A stretch of DNA of 64,000 nucleotides from the human T2T-CHM13v2.0 reference genome, Homo sapiens. The notes below the pieces were generated by a model. That model worked only from the letters and a program-made list of their open reading frames with translations. It did not search any database and was not told the DNA's origin. A program made the position numbers and the translations under genes. The first letter of the stretch is position 1. Each line of letters begins with the position of its first letter. Below, piece after piece: positions 23,690 to 38,334 of the stretch. Location of the stretch: the NCBI RefSeq assembly GCF_009914755.1, contig NC_060938.1. One strand, written 5' to 3'.

Positions 23690-24365
23690 TATTTATTCAT
23701 TCAACATATATTTGTCTAGACACTGTGCTAACCACTAGGAATATATTAATCACAAGTAATAGATGTGGTCCCTGCTCTTGAGTTTCATTCTAATTTTTTA
23801 AAAAACCCACATTAATAATCACACGTATCAATGAGTATGACTGTAGTGCTACGAAGAAGAGATTCCTGGTTTTGACAGCCTATCGGCCTGGTTAAGAAAG
23901 AAAGGGTAGGCTTTCTGGAGGAAGTGACACAAGTTGAAATCGAAGGATGAAGAGAAGTTAACTAGGGAACCAAATAGGTGGGGAGCATGACTAGTAAGAG
24001 GAACAAAGTCCAATGTGGTTGGAACAGAGAAAATAAGGGGACATATAGCAGAGGCTGGACAGATCAGCAAGGGTCAGGCTATCTCTGGCCTTGTGGACTG
24101 TGTTAAAAAGTTTTGTCATTATCCTAAGGGCAAGTAATGCCAGAAATGGTTTTAAGTTGAGAAGTGCCCTGATTATATGTGTGTTTTGAAAAAAACCCAA
24201 TATGGCTGTTGTATGAACAAGTGATTGGAAAGAGATAAAAGTGGATGAAGGGTAGACAGGAGGATACTGCAGTAAGCCAGGAGCAAGGTGATGGAAGCTT
24301 GGATTGGCATGGTAGCTGTCAAGATGGAGAGAAGTAAAACTATTCAAAAGATATTTAGAAGGCAC
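23690..24365 (-). mobile_element. L2 fragment
   Basis: attcattcaacatatatttg terminus and L2-like body. Confidence 0.7.
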
Positions 24366-25260
24366 ATGGGCACTAACAGTAGCTATAAAATATGTTCCAT
24401 CTTTATTTCTAAACAGAACAAATAGACTAATGCATTTACATCCGATTCAGGAGTATGCACGTTCTTAACCTTGGCTATTAGTCTTGAGTAGCACATTTCT
24501 TCCTAGGGAAAAAGTTATGTGACCAGATTGTACCTTAATTGTGGGTGGGATATTCAGAAGCTGCTAAGTATGAATGTGCTCAAGAAGAGAACTGAGAATT
24601 GCCTTCAAGTTGCAAAAGAGAGGGGGACAAGGCTATGGAACCACCAATGAAGTATTAACACCCAAAAGGCATTTAAAGAAAGAGAAAATAGACAAGTGTA
24701 CAAACAGAAGGGCAAGCAAGAGGCTGCTATCTGTGTGGGACAAGTTTAAATAGGACTATTCAGATAAACCAAAGCTAGGACAATGCTTCTCAAGACCTAC
24801 AGAGATTTCTGGAAAATGAGCCATCAAGACATTTGAATGAAGACTACAGACTCCTCAGGAAGTGAGAAGCTCTTGAGGAAAGATGTCCTTACACATTCAG
24901 GTGAGTGCTTAAAACAAAGCAGCATATACTTCACTGAGGAGTACTGCCATATTTCTGATCCCCATGCTGGGGGAGTTGGTGAGGGAACAGTAGGGCCATT
25001 ATGTTGCAGGGGCAATTGTATTCCCAGGTGAGAGGGGATAAAAGAGCAAACACTAAGGCTGTCTCCAGAGGTGCTTGGCTAACAGTGAGAAGATAAAGCT
25101 GCTTTGATTTCCCCTGGGGAACTAGATTCTACCAAGGGCTACTCCTGCTGCTCAAGGCAAAGAGCTGGGTCACCACTCAAAGGAAAAATACTGAGGGTCA
25201 GTCCAGGATGGGGACAATGGCAGGGCAGATCACAGCATTTCCAGCACGTATGAAAACAAC

Positions 25261-25623
25261 TGTTTAGGCTGCTTTCATACTGCTGTATAAAACCCCCCCA
25301 AGACTGGGTAATTTATAAAGGATCTTGTTTGACAGTTCTGCGTGGCTGGGGAGGCCTCAGGAAACTTAAAATCATGGCAGAAAGTGAAGCAGGCACGTTT
25401 TACGTGGCAGCAGGCGAGACAGGGTTTGTGTAGGACGCAAAGGGGGAAGAGCCCCTCATAAAGCCATCAGATCTCATGAGAACTCTCACAAGAACAGCAT
25501 GGGGGAAACTGCCCCCATGATCCAGTCACCTCCCACCGAGTCCCTCCCTCAACCTGGGGACGGGGATTATGAGGATTACAATTACAGATGAGATTTGGGT
25601 GGAGAAACAGCCAAACCATACCA
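25261..25623. mobile_element. MaLR solo LTR (MST/THE1 type)
   Basis: agactgggtaatttataaag...ggaggcctcaggaaactta...gatgagatttgggtgg...cagccaaaccata. Confidence 0.9.
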
Positions 25624-28600
25624 ACAATTTTGTCAACCAGACCCCAGTGGCACCTGGGACCTTGGGACTGACCAAGCTGGTGCTACAGAAGCTTTTATGG
25701 AGAGTGGATATAAAGTTCTGGGGGAAAGCTAAGTTTGGGGGGATGAGTAAACTAAAGTAACGAGAATAATATTGTAGATCTGGGCAAAGTTGGGCTGGCA
25801 GCTAGCTCTAGCTGGTTATTTAGCAGACTACCCTGTGGTTTGAGGTAATTTCCCCCAGGAGGGCCAATGGGGACTTTGAAGTATTTATGCCTCTTTAAAA
25901 ACTTAAGTATCCTTAAAACAGGGAGGGACAATAAATGCAGCAGACACCAAGACATTATGGTCCATAGAAAGGTTAAGCCTGGATGGAAACTAGTAAAGTT
26001 GTTAACCAACGACCACACTAGAAATGGAGTCTGAGTCATTGAACTTGACGGGTGGATTCTTGGATCAAGAATTTTGGGGAGGGAAGGCTATGTCCCAAAT
26101 TCACTGCAACTTCATTATTGTGGCTTGTGAGGGTCTGCAAAAGTGACTGAATCTTTGTCACTGGACCTCTTTCACATTAATGTCCCTGTGGGAAAGACCA
26201 AGTCTTTCTTTAGAACTCGTGCAATGTCACTGCCAGGTGCTTGTAATAGTCCATGGCAGGCATCAAGAGTAGAAACTTGGCTAGACACAGTGGCTCACAC
26301 CTGTAATACCAGCACTTTGGAAGGCTGAGGTGGCCAGAGATCAAGACCAGCCTGACCAACACGCGAAACCCCATCTCTACAAAAAACACAAAAAAATTAG
26401 CCAGGTGTGGTGTCGAGTGCTACTCACGAGGCTGAGGCAGGAGAACCACTTGAACCTGAGAGCAGGGGTTGCAGTGAGTTGAGACTGCACTCCAGCCTGG
26501 GTGTGAGAGTGAGACTCTTGTCTCCAAAGAGTAGAAACTGTGGTTTTCCCAAGATATTTGGAAAAGTTTGTCTTCTGGGCCAGAAGAAATGGTTTAAAAT
26601 ACACGTTGTGGGTGGGAGAAGCTGTATTTTCTCTATATTCCTGCTTCACTTCTAAAGCCTAACAAAGTTGCATGAAATGGCAGACTTTCAGCTGTTAGCC
26701 AGGCACTGCTCAATATGCTCTTGAAACTATTCAATCTATGAAACGACTCTAGCCCTCATTAATAGAATGAAGAGAAAAATGGTATGGGGATATTTTTCCC
26801 CTTTTGTTAACTTAGAGAAGTTGCTAGGATCCTAGTCTCTTACCTCTATTTAGGAAATAGTTTATTCAATTTCTAGGACTACAGACTACAGTTCAAAGAC
26901 ACCATTTCCTCTGCCAAGGTCCAAAGCCCATGGAGTTAAGTCAGAACATAGATCAAATTTTTGGCTCTACCATTTGAATAACCATAGGGCTTTGAACAAG
27001 GCAATCTCTCTGAAGCTCCTTGAAGCACAGAAATTACTTGCATACGTACGTAATAGAACTGTTGTTTGAGAAACAACAGTCTATGTCAATTAAACGCTGG
27101 CCTAACAGGCTGCACACAAAGCCTATAAAACATACTCTCTTCCCTGGGCATGAAGCAACTGATTGACAAGATGGGTTCCTATTTAACAATAGTTTATTCT
27201 GTAAGAGGCACTGCTATATGAAGGTGTGAGCAACATGGATTAAGCCTGCAATATCGTCCCATTGAAGACGCCCTCACTAGGGAAATCTTCAATATTAAAG
27301 CCTAAGGTCTAGGAAAGAAAACATCAATGAACTCAGGACACACAAAATATTGGAGTCACATTTGTTCATGTACGTTTGAGTTAGTAACCACTAGCAGTAC
27401 TTGTGTGGAAACTTCTCAATATTCTACAGCACTTAACTATCCAATAAAGTAGTCTCACGTCACACGTCTCTAAATAAAAATTTAAATCTAACTCTTCACA
27501 CTAGCCACATCTCAAGGCTCAGTAAAGTCACCAGTTGTTATACTGGTCAATGCATCATAAAACACTTCCATCGCCACGAAGTGTTACTGACAGTACTATA
27601 GCTTTAACAGCTCACTATAACATGCGTTGATAACAAGGAATTTTTCCCCTCCCTAACCACCAGATGACTCTTTGGGTGCCTTCTTTACTCTGGGGCCTAG
27701 ACTTTAATGAGGGTACACCTTGGCCCTTTTAGCTGCCTTCAGTTCTTTGATGAAAACATACCACTCACACATCCTCTTACTGCACTTAATTCTGACATAT
27801 ACAGTCATCCCTCTACTAAACTTATTGGCCAGCCACCCAGCCACCGTTTCTTGAAACCCGTGTCCTTTCCTAATCCTCACCCCTCTTTATCACACAGGGT
27901 TTTTTGTTTTGTTTTGCCTTTGGTGAGTAGTTCACAATTTGGGCCAAAAATTGGAATTATGGCAACTTAAAAAACAACGAAGAGTCCCAACCCCAGAGAT
28001 TTAGTAGGCCTGGAGCACACACCTGGACATCAGAATTTAAAAGCCCATCCCCCTGCTCCCAGGAAATTTTAATGCACATTGACAGTTGAAACCTATTAAA
28101 CTCCACAAATTTGGTAATGTAATAATCCAAAAGCCACAATTTTCCTAGACTTCTGAAAGTCTTGTAGGAGTTATTTTTGCAAATGCAAATTTGTCAGAGC
28201 TTCAGAGCCATGTTTCTCCAAACTTTTATTTCTGAGTGCCACTTGAAAAAAACAATCCAAACATGCTTTCCTCTTCCTATCTGCATTTATCTTGGGTTCT
28301 AACTCCTTCCTACTAATCCCTTTGTCATTTGCATTCACCCCCTTACACTGTTCTCCCCTTCCTCTTACTATGCTTTGTAGTTCTACTCACAAAGGGCGTT
28401 AACTCCAATGAAGAAGCCCTGCTTTTCAAAATTGAGATTTAACTTGAAAGTTACTAATGCAAACACAAATTCTGCAGTTTTCTACTTTATTTACTTCCTG
28501 TCTCCTAACACTTGGAAAGCTTTTGTCTGGTCAGGTATGTCTACGTTCTTTTACTCTGCAGTTCAACTGGCTACATTTTTACTTTATACCAAGTTCTCTC

Positions 28601-30290
28601 CAAACACTAGAATTCTCCAACAGAGTGCTCCTTCTTAGTGTGAATGAGGTACTCAGACCATAATCCACATATTATATGTAACTCATTTACTGGTCAATCA
28701 TTTCTACATCATATGTTTACTACTGTCGACTGGTTTTCTGGTCAGGGTACTTTTTCTTGGATGCTTCTAAATTCCTATGAAATGCATTTTTTTGGTCAAT
28801 GTGATGTGAACTAGGGTCCAGAAACTGAAACTCCATTTGACATCAGTGTAGCTGAATTCCCCTAATAAATAAAAAGGTCAACTGTCAGTAGGAATAAGTA
28901 TGTTTTCTGGTTTTCCCCTGAAATAAAATTGGTCAGTCAATGCTGACAGGCCAGGCATATGTTCCTGAGCTGATCACATTAAATATACACGATTTCTCTA
29001 TCCTGCGACTACTTTCAAAAGCACATTGTTTCATCAAGGTTATCTCAAAACACTAGTACTTGCATATAGTGTATCATCTGCTCTACTTCTGTACTTTCTA
29101 TATTATACACTGGGTTTTGCTTCCCCTAACACTTGAATAAAACATACTGCCAAGTTATAGTAGATTCGTATGTTCACACTTCATGGTTATCTTATGGTTT
29201 AAATGATGGTTACGTCTATTGTACTATTACATTCTTCCCAATCCTAATTTGACACCTGTTCATTTCCTTCCAATTTACCACCTTTTTGTTCCCATTTACA
29301 TTATTTTCCTTTTCTATTACACCCAGTTCCCTCTGAAAAAGAGGATTTAAACCACGTAAGTAATAGGTACTAATCACACAATCTTTGCATGTTGGGGTAA
29401 TATTAACATCAGAAGTGAAATACAAGAGGAGCCCTCCTTTTGAGAATCCCAAATTTAGCATCCATTCCCACCTGACAGCTTCCAGTTAGCTCATCCCACT
29501 GAGACAGCAGCAATTTATTAATTACCCTAGAAGAAGTTTCCCAATTATACGTTATGCAGCACCAGAAAAAAATGTTACTAAGGATTTTTTATCTACCTCC
29601 TCTCCTGCTTTCTAACCCTGAAATGAAAACTGCATTCTTGAATGATTGCAGGACATTTTCTTAGATTTCATGGCATATTGAGAAACTTGTGTTCTGAATT
29701 TTATCCCAAATTAAAATGTTTTTACTTTTAAATCTTACTTCCACTACTGCAGTGTAATCAGACTATCAATCTGAAATCCCTCAATTATTAAATCAGAAAT
29801 CACTCAATTATTACCGTCAGATCTAACCCCTTTACCTGCACTGCCATGCCTACTATTCTGAATTTCTATTGAGCCAACTCAATTCTTACTTTGCAGGGCC
29901 CAGGGTTAAGTAATGTCACACTGACTATAAGCATATCATCTGATAAATGGCCTTTAAAAACACTAGCCCCTTTCCCAAAAAGCCTGTACTTATCTGCATT
30001 AGATCAGATTTTTAAAAGCCTTTTACCATGTGGTATTTCAATCCTGGTCTCTTTACTTTGCTACAGTTTTGGCCTAGGAACCTAAATGTCAAAGTACTCA
30101 ATGAGTACACCTGTGATTATAGAAAACCTAGAGTACTGTTGTCTTAAACACGAGGAAATTTAAGCCACAGTAGCGTAGCCTAAAACCAAGAGCGTGAAAT
30201 GACTTCCCCATCAACACAAACTAGACATGTCAGTATTCCAACAACCCTACCATATGTGTGTATAGATTTTCAATCTGTGATCATGCTCTA

Positions 30291-30366
30291 CGGCTATTTG
30301 CAAAAGTAACTGCAGCTAATTAAAAGTAATGGCAAAAGCCACAATTACTTTTGCACCAACCTAATA
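30291..30366. mobile_element. MADE1 (Hsmar1 MITE)
   Basis: tgcaaaagtaa...aattacttttgcaccaacctaata inverted termini. Confidence 0.85.
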
Positions 30367-30420
30367 TTAAAAAGCGCTCTCCACAGCTTCATTCAATACC
30401 TGCTTTCCTAGAATAAAATG

Positions 30421-30690
30421 TATAGTTGGCCCCCCATGTTCATGGGTTCTGCACATGCAGATTCAGCCAACTACAGATCGAAAATACTAGCAAAGAAAAA
30501 AAACTAAAAACAGTTAACAAAAATATAAATAAAAAAAGTTACAACTATTTACATACCATTTACATTTTATCAGGTATTTTAATGTAGAGATGATTTAAAA
30601 TATACAGGAGAATATGCATAGGTTACATATAAATACTATGCCATTTTATGTAAGGGACTTGAACATCTGCAGATTGTGGTGTTCACAGCT
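30421..30690. mobile_element. Tigger-family DNA transposon fragment (MER2-like)
   Basis: atgcataggttacatataaatactatgccattttatgtaagggacttgaacatc. Confidence 0.75.
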
Positions 30691-30810
30691 AAACAGACTG
30701 CTCTGTGCAGGGAGAGGCCCTACAGTGAAGGGAAAAGTAGACACTTGATTGTGGACTAATTTGTTCAGTATTTCCCAAAAACTTACAGCTAACAATAATA
30801 TTAAACAGGT

Positions 30811-30861
30811 TTTATTAGCATCTTATACATCTGACACTCTCTCCTAAGCATCCAGTTTATT
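30811..30861 (-). terminator. distal poly(A) signals (two AATAAA)
   Basis: tttatt at 30856-30861 and 30811-30816 at the end of the repeat-free block. Confidence 0.5.
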
Positions 30862-31981
30862 TTCTAGTCACGGGTTACTTACTAAAAGTCTGTGTAACAT
30901 GAGCTCACATCAGATTAGAAAACATCAAGTGGGTAGTATTTTTGACTGAATTAACATACAAAAGAAATTGCCTATATCATGTATATGGGCTCCAAGGGTA
31001 GTTCATACTTCAGCCTCTTCATTCTTTTCTGCTTTTGTCACCTGTTACAGAAAATGATCTATAAAATCCTCATAAATAAGACATGAGTTTTGCCTGTAAT
31101 GAGTAGGATGAAAAAAGGCCAGTGCCGCATGCTATGAAACAATAGCAACTTTACAGGGGAATCCAAGGTTTGTGTGCACAAAAATTATAAGCGGCATTTT
31201 CTGCTATGCTGGAAAAACTGAAGTATAAAACACAAATGAACTAAGCCTTTCAAGGATGAGGTATCACCAACACTGGTAGCTGTTTAATATATTCATCTTA
31301 CAACTGGATGCTAAAAATGCAATCACTGTAATTAATAAAGTTGAGGAAAACACAAAGATTAGCTAACAGGGGTAAAAGATCATTTAGAGTAAAATAAATG
31401 TGTAACATTCTCTATGTTCTCAATCACCTGGGAAGGCAGTCTATGGAATATCAGGAAGTAAGAGTTTTCTTGTTTTCAGGAACATGGAGGTATATACACT
31501 TCAGAATTCAGAAGGTAACTGGGGCTATAAATAGTAATTAAAAGAACAAAATAGAAGCAGGGGGGTTCCATTATGCAGCTGTCGCCATTTTCCTGAAATC
31601 TTGATGTTTTTGAGCCTCTCCTATTTAAGGACAAAACCATTTAGCACAAAACACAAACCTCAGAAAGGGTGCCAGCTGGACCACAAAGCACTGATGAAAA
31701 GGCAGAGAGGATATACTTCCCAAACTTTCATTAGGATGTAAAAGCCATTTTGAAAAAGTCTCCACTCTATGTCAAGTTGACTCCTCAATGCAACATGCAT
31801 CTCAATGAAATATAATTTGAGTAGTGTTGTGTTGGTATGCATCATGATTATGACTCCAAGAAAAATATATCTAGTGCATTCTAGAGGTTTTGTGGAGGAC
31901 GCTGTAAAACAAAGTTTGAAGTAAACAATAATAAAATACAAAAATAAAAAACCAGGGTTTTTTTTTTCTCCAAATTCCTGG

Positions 31982-32002
31982 TTTAATAAGGACTTGTTTA
32001 TT
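31982..32002 (-). terminator. poly(A) signals AATAAA (32002-31997) and ATTAAA (31987-31982)
   Basis: Tandem hexamers followed by a long U-rich tract (31951-31921). Confidence 0.75.
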
Positions 32003-32366
32003 TTGAGGAAAAAAGGTCCCAAACATCAGGCTGTTCACAAAAATAACCCACAGTATCAACTTTAGAAAACAAATCTTAAGACTATAACACTAATTATTTT
32101 TCTAGAGGATGCATTTGACATGCCAACTCTCATTCACAAAAATACATTGTTACATTTGTGTTGAACTGCCCCACACAGCACACTAATGTGAGGGTGTAAC
32201 ACACATACTTCTAACTCAAAGCTGCTTTCAAGAGCTACTCAACTAAATGAGATTGCCTTTGCAGTTAGGGAAGCAACTACTGAACTTATGTATGAATGAA
32301 AAGAACTGTACTCCCTGCATAACAAGAGATTATTTTGGAGACAGTTGATAAAAACCATACATCCTT

Positions 32367-32372
32367 TTTATT
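32367..32372 (-). terminator. proximal poly(A) signal AATAAA
   Basis: tttatt on + strand, about 260 nt after the stop, GU/U-rich sequence downstream. Confidence 0.55.
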
Positions 32373-32585
32373 GTTAAGTCATAAAGAGGTATCAAAATTA
32401 AAAGCAAAAATTACAGGGTAAGACTTAACAAAACTACTAGGAGCGTCAAAGGAAGTGAAAATGGGACTAGGCGCGGGGCAATATGAATTAATGAACATGG
32501 GAAGGACAAGGATGGGGAGAACAGTGAGCATGTGCTGAAGATACTAGGGGAGAGGATCTGGTGAAAAATTTGATCTTAGACAAGC

Positions 32586-32628
32586 GCCTAGGTAAAGAAA
32601 TAATGGGATAAGATTTCTAAACCCCACT
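32586..32628. repeat. 43-bp inverted repeat, 3'UTR arm
   Basis: gcctaggtaaagaaataatgggataagatttctaaaccccact is the exact reverse complement of 34678-34720. Confidence 0.97.
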
Positions 32629-32634
32629 ATGTGC

Positions 32635-32718
32635 TTAAGAGTCATCCTCGCCATTGGCGCTGTCTCTGTCATCCTCTCCTTCCTCAGCCTCTTTTTCATC
32701 ATCCTTGATCAACTCCAG
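32635..32718 (-). CDS. HNRNPC: hnRNP C last coding exon to TAA stop
   Basis: [27 protein letters not shown]; exon lengths 241+115+48+158+114+161+84 = 921 nt = 306 aa + stop. Confidence 0.98.
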
Positions 32719-32751
32719 CTGTGAGAAACAGACACAAACAGGATGGAGTTA

Positions 32752-33003
<252 letters not shown>

Positions 33004-33126
33004 CTAGGGGCAGTAATGTCCACAGGACGTAGACAATCCCCACTAAGGATCACAGAACTGCAGCACAAATCTAAATCCTCCCACACAAATACCCTTCCCA
33101 ATTCACACTCCCCAAGTTTCATATTA

Positions 33127-33354
<228 letters not shown>

Positions 33355-33529
33355 CTAGATTAAAATCAAATGTACCGAAGATATGAGTTAGCAAATACAC
33401 TGCCACCAGACTACATCAGGAGCTCACAGGAGATACCCAGGGAGAAACAGAGCCAGTACAGATTTCTCGGTAATAAAGGCCCTTGGTTCTATTATAAAGC
33501 ACGTTCTGTAATGGTTTTTATTGTTTTTA

Positions 33530-34256
<727 letters not shown>

Positions 34257-34351
34257 TCTTCCATTATTTTGAATACACAAAGTCATGTGGCACAAAAATA
34301 TTGTAACTGCATTAGCTTCCCTATCTCAAAACACAAGAGATACCAAAATCA

Positions 34352-34558
<207 letters not shown>

Positions 34559-34677
34559 TCAAACCTAACATTAACTCAGCACAATTCAACAGACCTTATG
34601 ATAAATAGTAAGTGAATATTGTCTCTAGTCGTTTCCTTTTATTAAATTTCATTAAGAAGGCCAGCAAAAACCTCCAC

Positions 34678-34720
34678 AGTGGGGTTTAGAAATCTTATCC
34701 CATTATTTCTTTACCTAGGC
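34678..34720. repeat. 43-bp inverted repeat, intronic arm
   Basis: agtggggtttagaaatcttatcccattatttctttacctaggc; exact reverse complement of 32586-32628. Confidence 0.97.
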
Positions 34721-36399
34721 ACATAAAATAGTTGTAATACTGTAGCAACTTTTCCTCAGGAAAATAAAACATATATCAAATTATATGGTTGGCTGGCCTT
34801 TGGCACTGGATATAAATGATTCCTCTGTACTAGTGTCAGTATTAACAGGGCATTTATTATAATGAATAGCCTTTGGATCTTATTATTTTCAAATATACAT
34901 TACAATAAACAATTCACATACGGTCAAATACTCTTTAAAATGTTCCAATTAAAAGGGTATATAAACAGTGGTATATGGCATTAGCGAAATCTCTGATTCT
35001 TTTCACCCACAGAAGCACACGAATTATTACAACTAGTGATATAAGGTTGAACCATATAAAATTTCAGATCTATAAAATCAGGGCAATTTCATGTAACTGA
35101 GGGAATCATAGCAAAATGTGTTGGCTGGGTATAAATACTACTGATAAAAAATACCTCATATAAAAACAGGTAGTATCATTTCTAACTAAATTTACGCTTA
35201 ATTCCAACAGGGCAGAGACCACTGTCTATCTTGTTCACTACTCACCTATGTCTAAATTCACTGGCCAGTACACACTTAGCACTCAATAAACACTGGTTGC
35301 TCAACTAATTGCTGTTTCTATTAGAAATCTTAATTTCAAATGTCTTAAACTTAGTATCCCAGTGATTGATAAAGATACACCAAAGCAGTGGCTTGGTACA
35401 CTTACATTTGTAAAGAGAAAATTCAAAACAGAACAAAATACTTCTTACATGGACATCAGTTCTAAACTTTCTACATTCCACATTGTCATTTCCATATAAG
35501 AACCTATGGCAACGTATGAAAAGGTCTTCAATTCTGCAAGCTTTTTAAAAATGCAACTAACTTAATGCAAAGGCCCAGGTACTCTATAAAAATACACCTA
35601 CCAACTGTTCTAACTCCAAATATTTCTTAAAAAACAAATGTGATAGTCAAGAACTTTAAAAATATTATTAATCACCTTTGTCATGATTCTCCCTCTTATA
35701 TATATACAATAGTGGCAAGTTATTCTGAGTTGTAATATCTCCAATCTTCCTGTAGTGAAAACATTTACAAGATCTCATTGCTAATTCTCTCCTCTGTTAA
35801 CTTAAAAGTGTTTCCACACTATTTCAACAAAGCAATGTTTAATCTTGTCCCAGGAGTGGCTATGGACAGGAACATTTTCCTAAATTAAAAGAGCAAGGAA
35901 AGCTGAGATGGAAAGACAGGTTGAGCCCAGGAGGTGAGAGAACCATGACTGCACCACTGCACTCATGCGGAACAGAGCAACACTGTCTCAAAAAAAAAGA
36001 AAACAGAAAAAAGTTTGCATTTCCCCTAAGTATGGTTAATCTCTTAGTTTAATCCATTCATGGGAATTAATGCAAAGAAAAAGATACTGAGTAACTTTTT
36101 ATTATCACTACTTTCCCATTTTGACATAAAGCTTTTGGTCTTTTTGACCAAAATCTTGCAAAGTATAATGATACAGAAACTATAAAATATCAGTGTTCAG
36201 AAACTCATATCCTTTGTGAGAGATGGTAACACTTGCACAAACACAAATTGCTTAACGACAATTTCTGGAGGTGAATCAAAATAAGTTATCCATATCCATG
36301 AGCATTAAACTGAGCTTAAGCCTCAGTCCAATGGAAATAAATATCTAATCTACCTCCTAAGCCACAAACCTTCACCGGCACCCGTATCTAAACCAATGA

Positions 36400-36674
36400 G
36401 CTAGCTAGCTAGTTCTGTACTATCACTGGAATTTCTTTTTAAAACCTACTATTTCGTCTGACCACAGCCAAAATAAAGCAAGTAATACAGTTTTGTTTTG
36501 AATCTATGTAACAGTCTCATGAACACAATTAGGAGTCAAATTCTCTACTTTTCTGAAGAAAAATATTTCAAAATATTTCAGCCAGTTAAGGCTTTTAGTT
36601 ACACAGAATGCTGCTCAGGCAGAAATGGACTCTCATTCACATCTGAGGAAGTAGTCCTTGCCTCGAAAAATGTT
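36400..36674 (+). repeat. about 270-bp direct duplication, copy 1
   Basis: Aligns end to end with 38335-38605 with scattered substitutions and small indels. Confidence 0.95.
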
Positions 36675-38334
36675 GAGGACGGTAAGTGTGAAAATAGAAA
36701 AAAAACATACATAGTGTGACAACCTTTAAGTTAAAAGGGATATATATTAAGAAGCTCAGTATGACTACTTCAAGCACCAGCTAAAAATTAAGCGGAAATT
36801 CTCACTATGAGAAAGCTATACAATAGATGAGGCAACAATAGCTGATTACTTACTGATTAAGGCTAGGCTGTTTAAAATCTTTTACCAGGGGAACAAGGAC
36901 TAAACCCTAGGAGAATTGTAACTGCACCCATAATCAAACTTGATGGTGTTGGTATAAAATCTAGTCAGATTAAGAAATTAAAACACTCTAGAGACATTAA
37001 TCACCTGAACAGATTAAGACAAAATACACCAGCCAGGTGTGGAGGCTCATGCCTGTAATCCCAACATTTTGGGAGGCGGAGGCAGGTGGATCATGAGGTT
37101 ACGAGTTGAGACCAGCCTGACCAACATGGGGAAACCCCGTGTATACTAAAAATACAAAAATTAGCCGGGCATGGTGGCACACGCCTGTAATTCCAGCTAC
37201 TCAGGAGGGCTGAGGCAGAAGAATTGCTTGAATCTGGAAGGCAGAGGTTGCAGTGAGCTGAGATCATTCCACTGTACTCCAGCCTCAGTGACAGAGCAAG
37301 ACTCCGTCTTAAAAAAAAAAAAAAGAAAGGAAAAAAGAAAGAAAAGGAAAAGAAAAAGAAAAAAAAAACAACAAAACACACCAGCTGGATGCAGTGGCAC
37401 ACCTGTAATCCCAGCTACGCAGGAGGCTGAGGCACGAGAGTTGCTTGAACCCAGGAAGGAAGTGGGGGTTGCAGACAGCCATTGCACTCCAGCCTGGGCG
37501 ACAGAGTAAAAACTTTTGTCTCCTCCACCACCAAAAAAAAAAAAAAAAAAAAAGACAAAGAATGTCTACCCCAATTCCAAAGTAAAAGCATTACAAGACA
37601 TGTACTAAGAAGAGGTTTTCAAAGGGAAGCTTCTTAAATGGAAATTCTGACCATAAGACATTAGCTGCAAACAGTGACATTTCCTGGGTCTCAAAAAACC
37701 TAGTAATACATGTCAACACTACACCAGAGTAGACGTTAATCTATTAATAATAAAGCTATCATTTGGTACATGGACCATTTAATGGACCACAGCTGATTCT
37801 CATCTTAAAAATGTGAACAGATTGAAATAATCTGTTTTGCCGGACAGGGTGGCTCACACCTGTAATCCCAGCACTTTGGGAGGCTAAGGCGAGCGGCTCA
37901 TTTGAGGCCAGGACATGGAGACGGGCCTGACCAACATGGTGAAACCCAGTGTCTACTAAAAATAGAAAAAATTATCCAGGTGTGGTGGCACATTCCTATA
38001 ATCTCAGGTACTCCGGGGGCTGAGGGACAACAATCGCTTGAACCTAACAGGCGGAGTTCATAATGAGTCAAGATCCCACCACTGCACTCCGGCATGGATC
38101 ACAGAGTAAGACTCCGTCACAAAACAAAAATTAAGAGAACCAAAGGAGCAGTTTTTTCCATTCTATCTCCAGTAAATACTAGTTAAATGAACTACCAACT
38201 GATGACAGACATCTGCCTCAAACTTAACTATGTAGATAAAAAAACTGATATAAAAAAGTTTAACACAGGTTTACATTAAAATTTAAATAACAATATGTCA
38301 AATTGTGACCGAAAACAATAAATCCGTTAAACTA

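Larger units (their letters stand above)
31960..32634 (-). other. HNRNPC: HNRNPC 3'UTR (core; probably extends to about 30790 in long isoforms)
   Basis: Repeat-free U-rich sequence after the stop, ending in AATAAA/ATTAAA with a U-rich downstream element. Confidence 0.8.

Noticed and set aside
24898-24906. Consensus + strand donor CAG|GTGAGT (similarly ACG|GTAAGT near 36681)
   Set aside because: No convincing partner acceptor or other transcript evidence.
21500-29500. Possible downstream lncRNA (I recall LINC00641 lying just 3' of HNRNPC)
   Set aside because: No exon structure can be delineated from sequence alone.
31660-32022. 120-aa minus-strand ORF
   Set aside because: Within the 3'UTR, non-ATG start, low-complexity composition.
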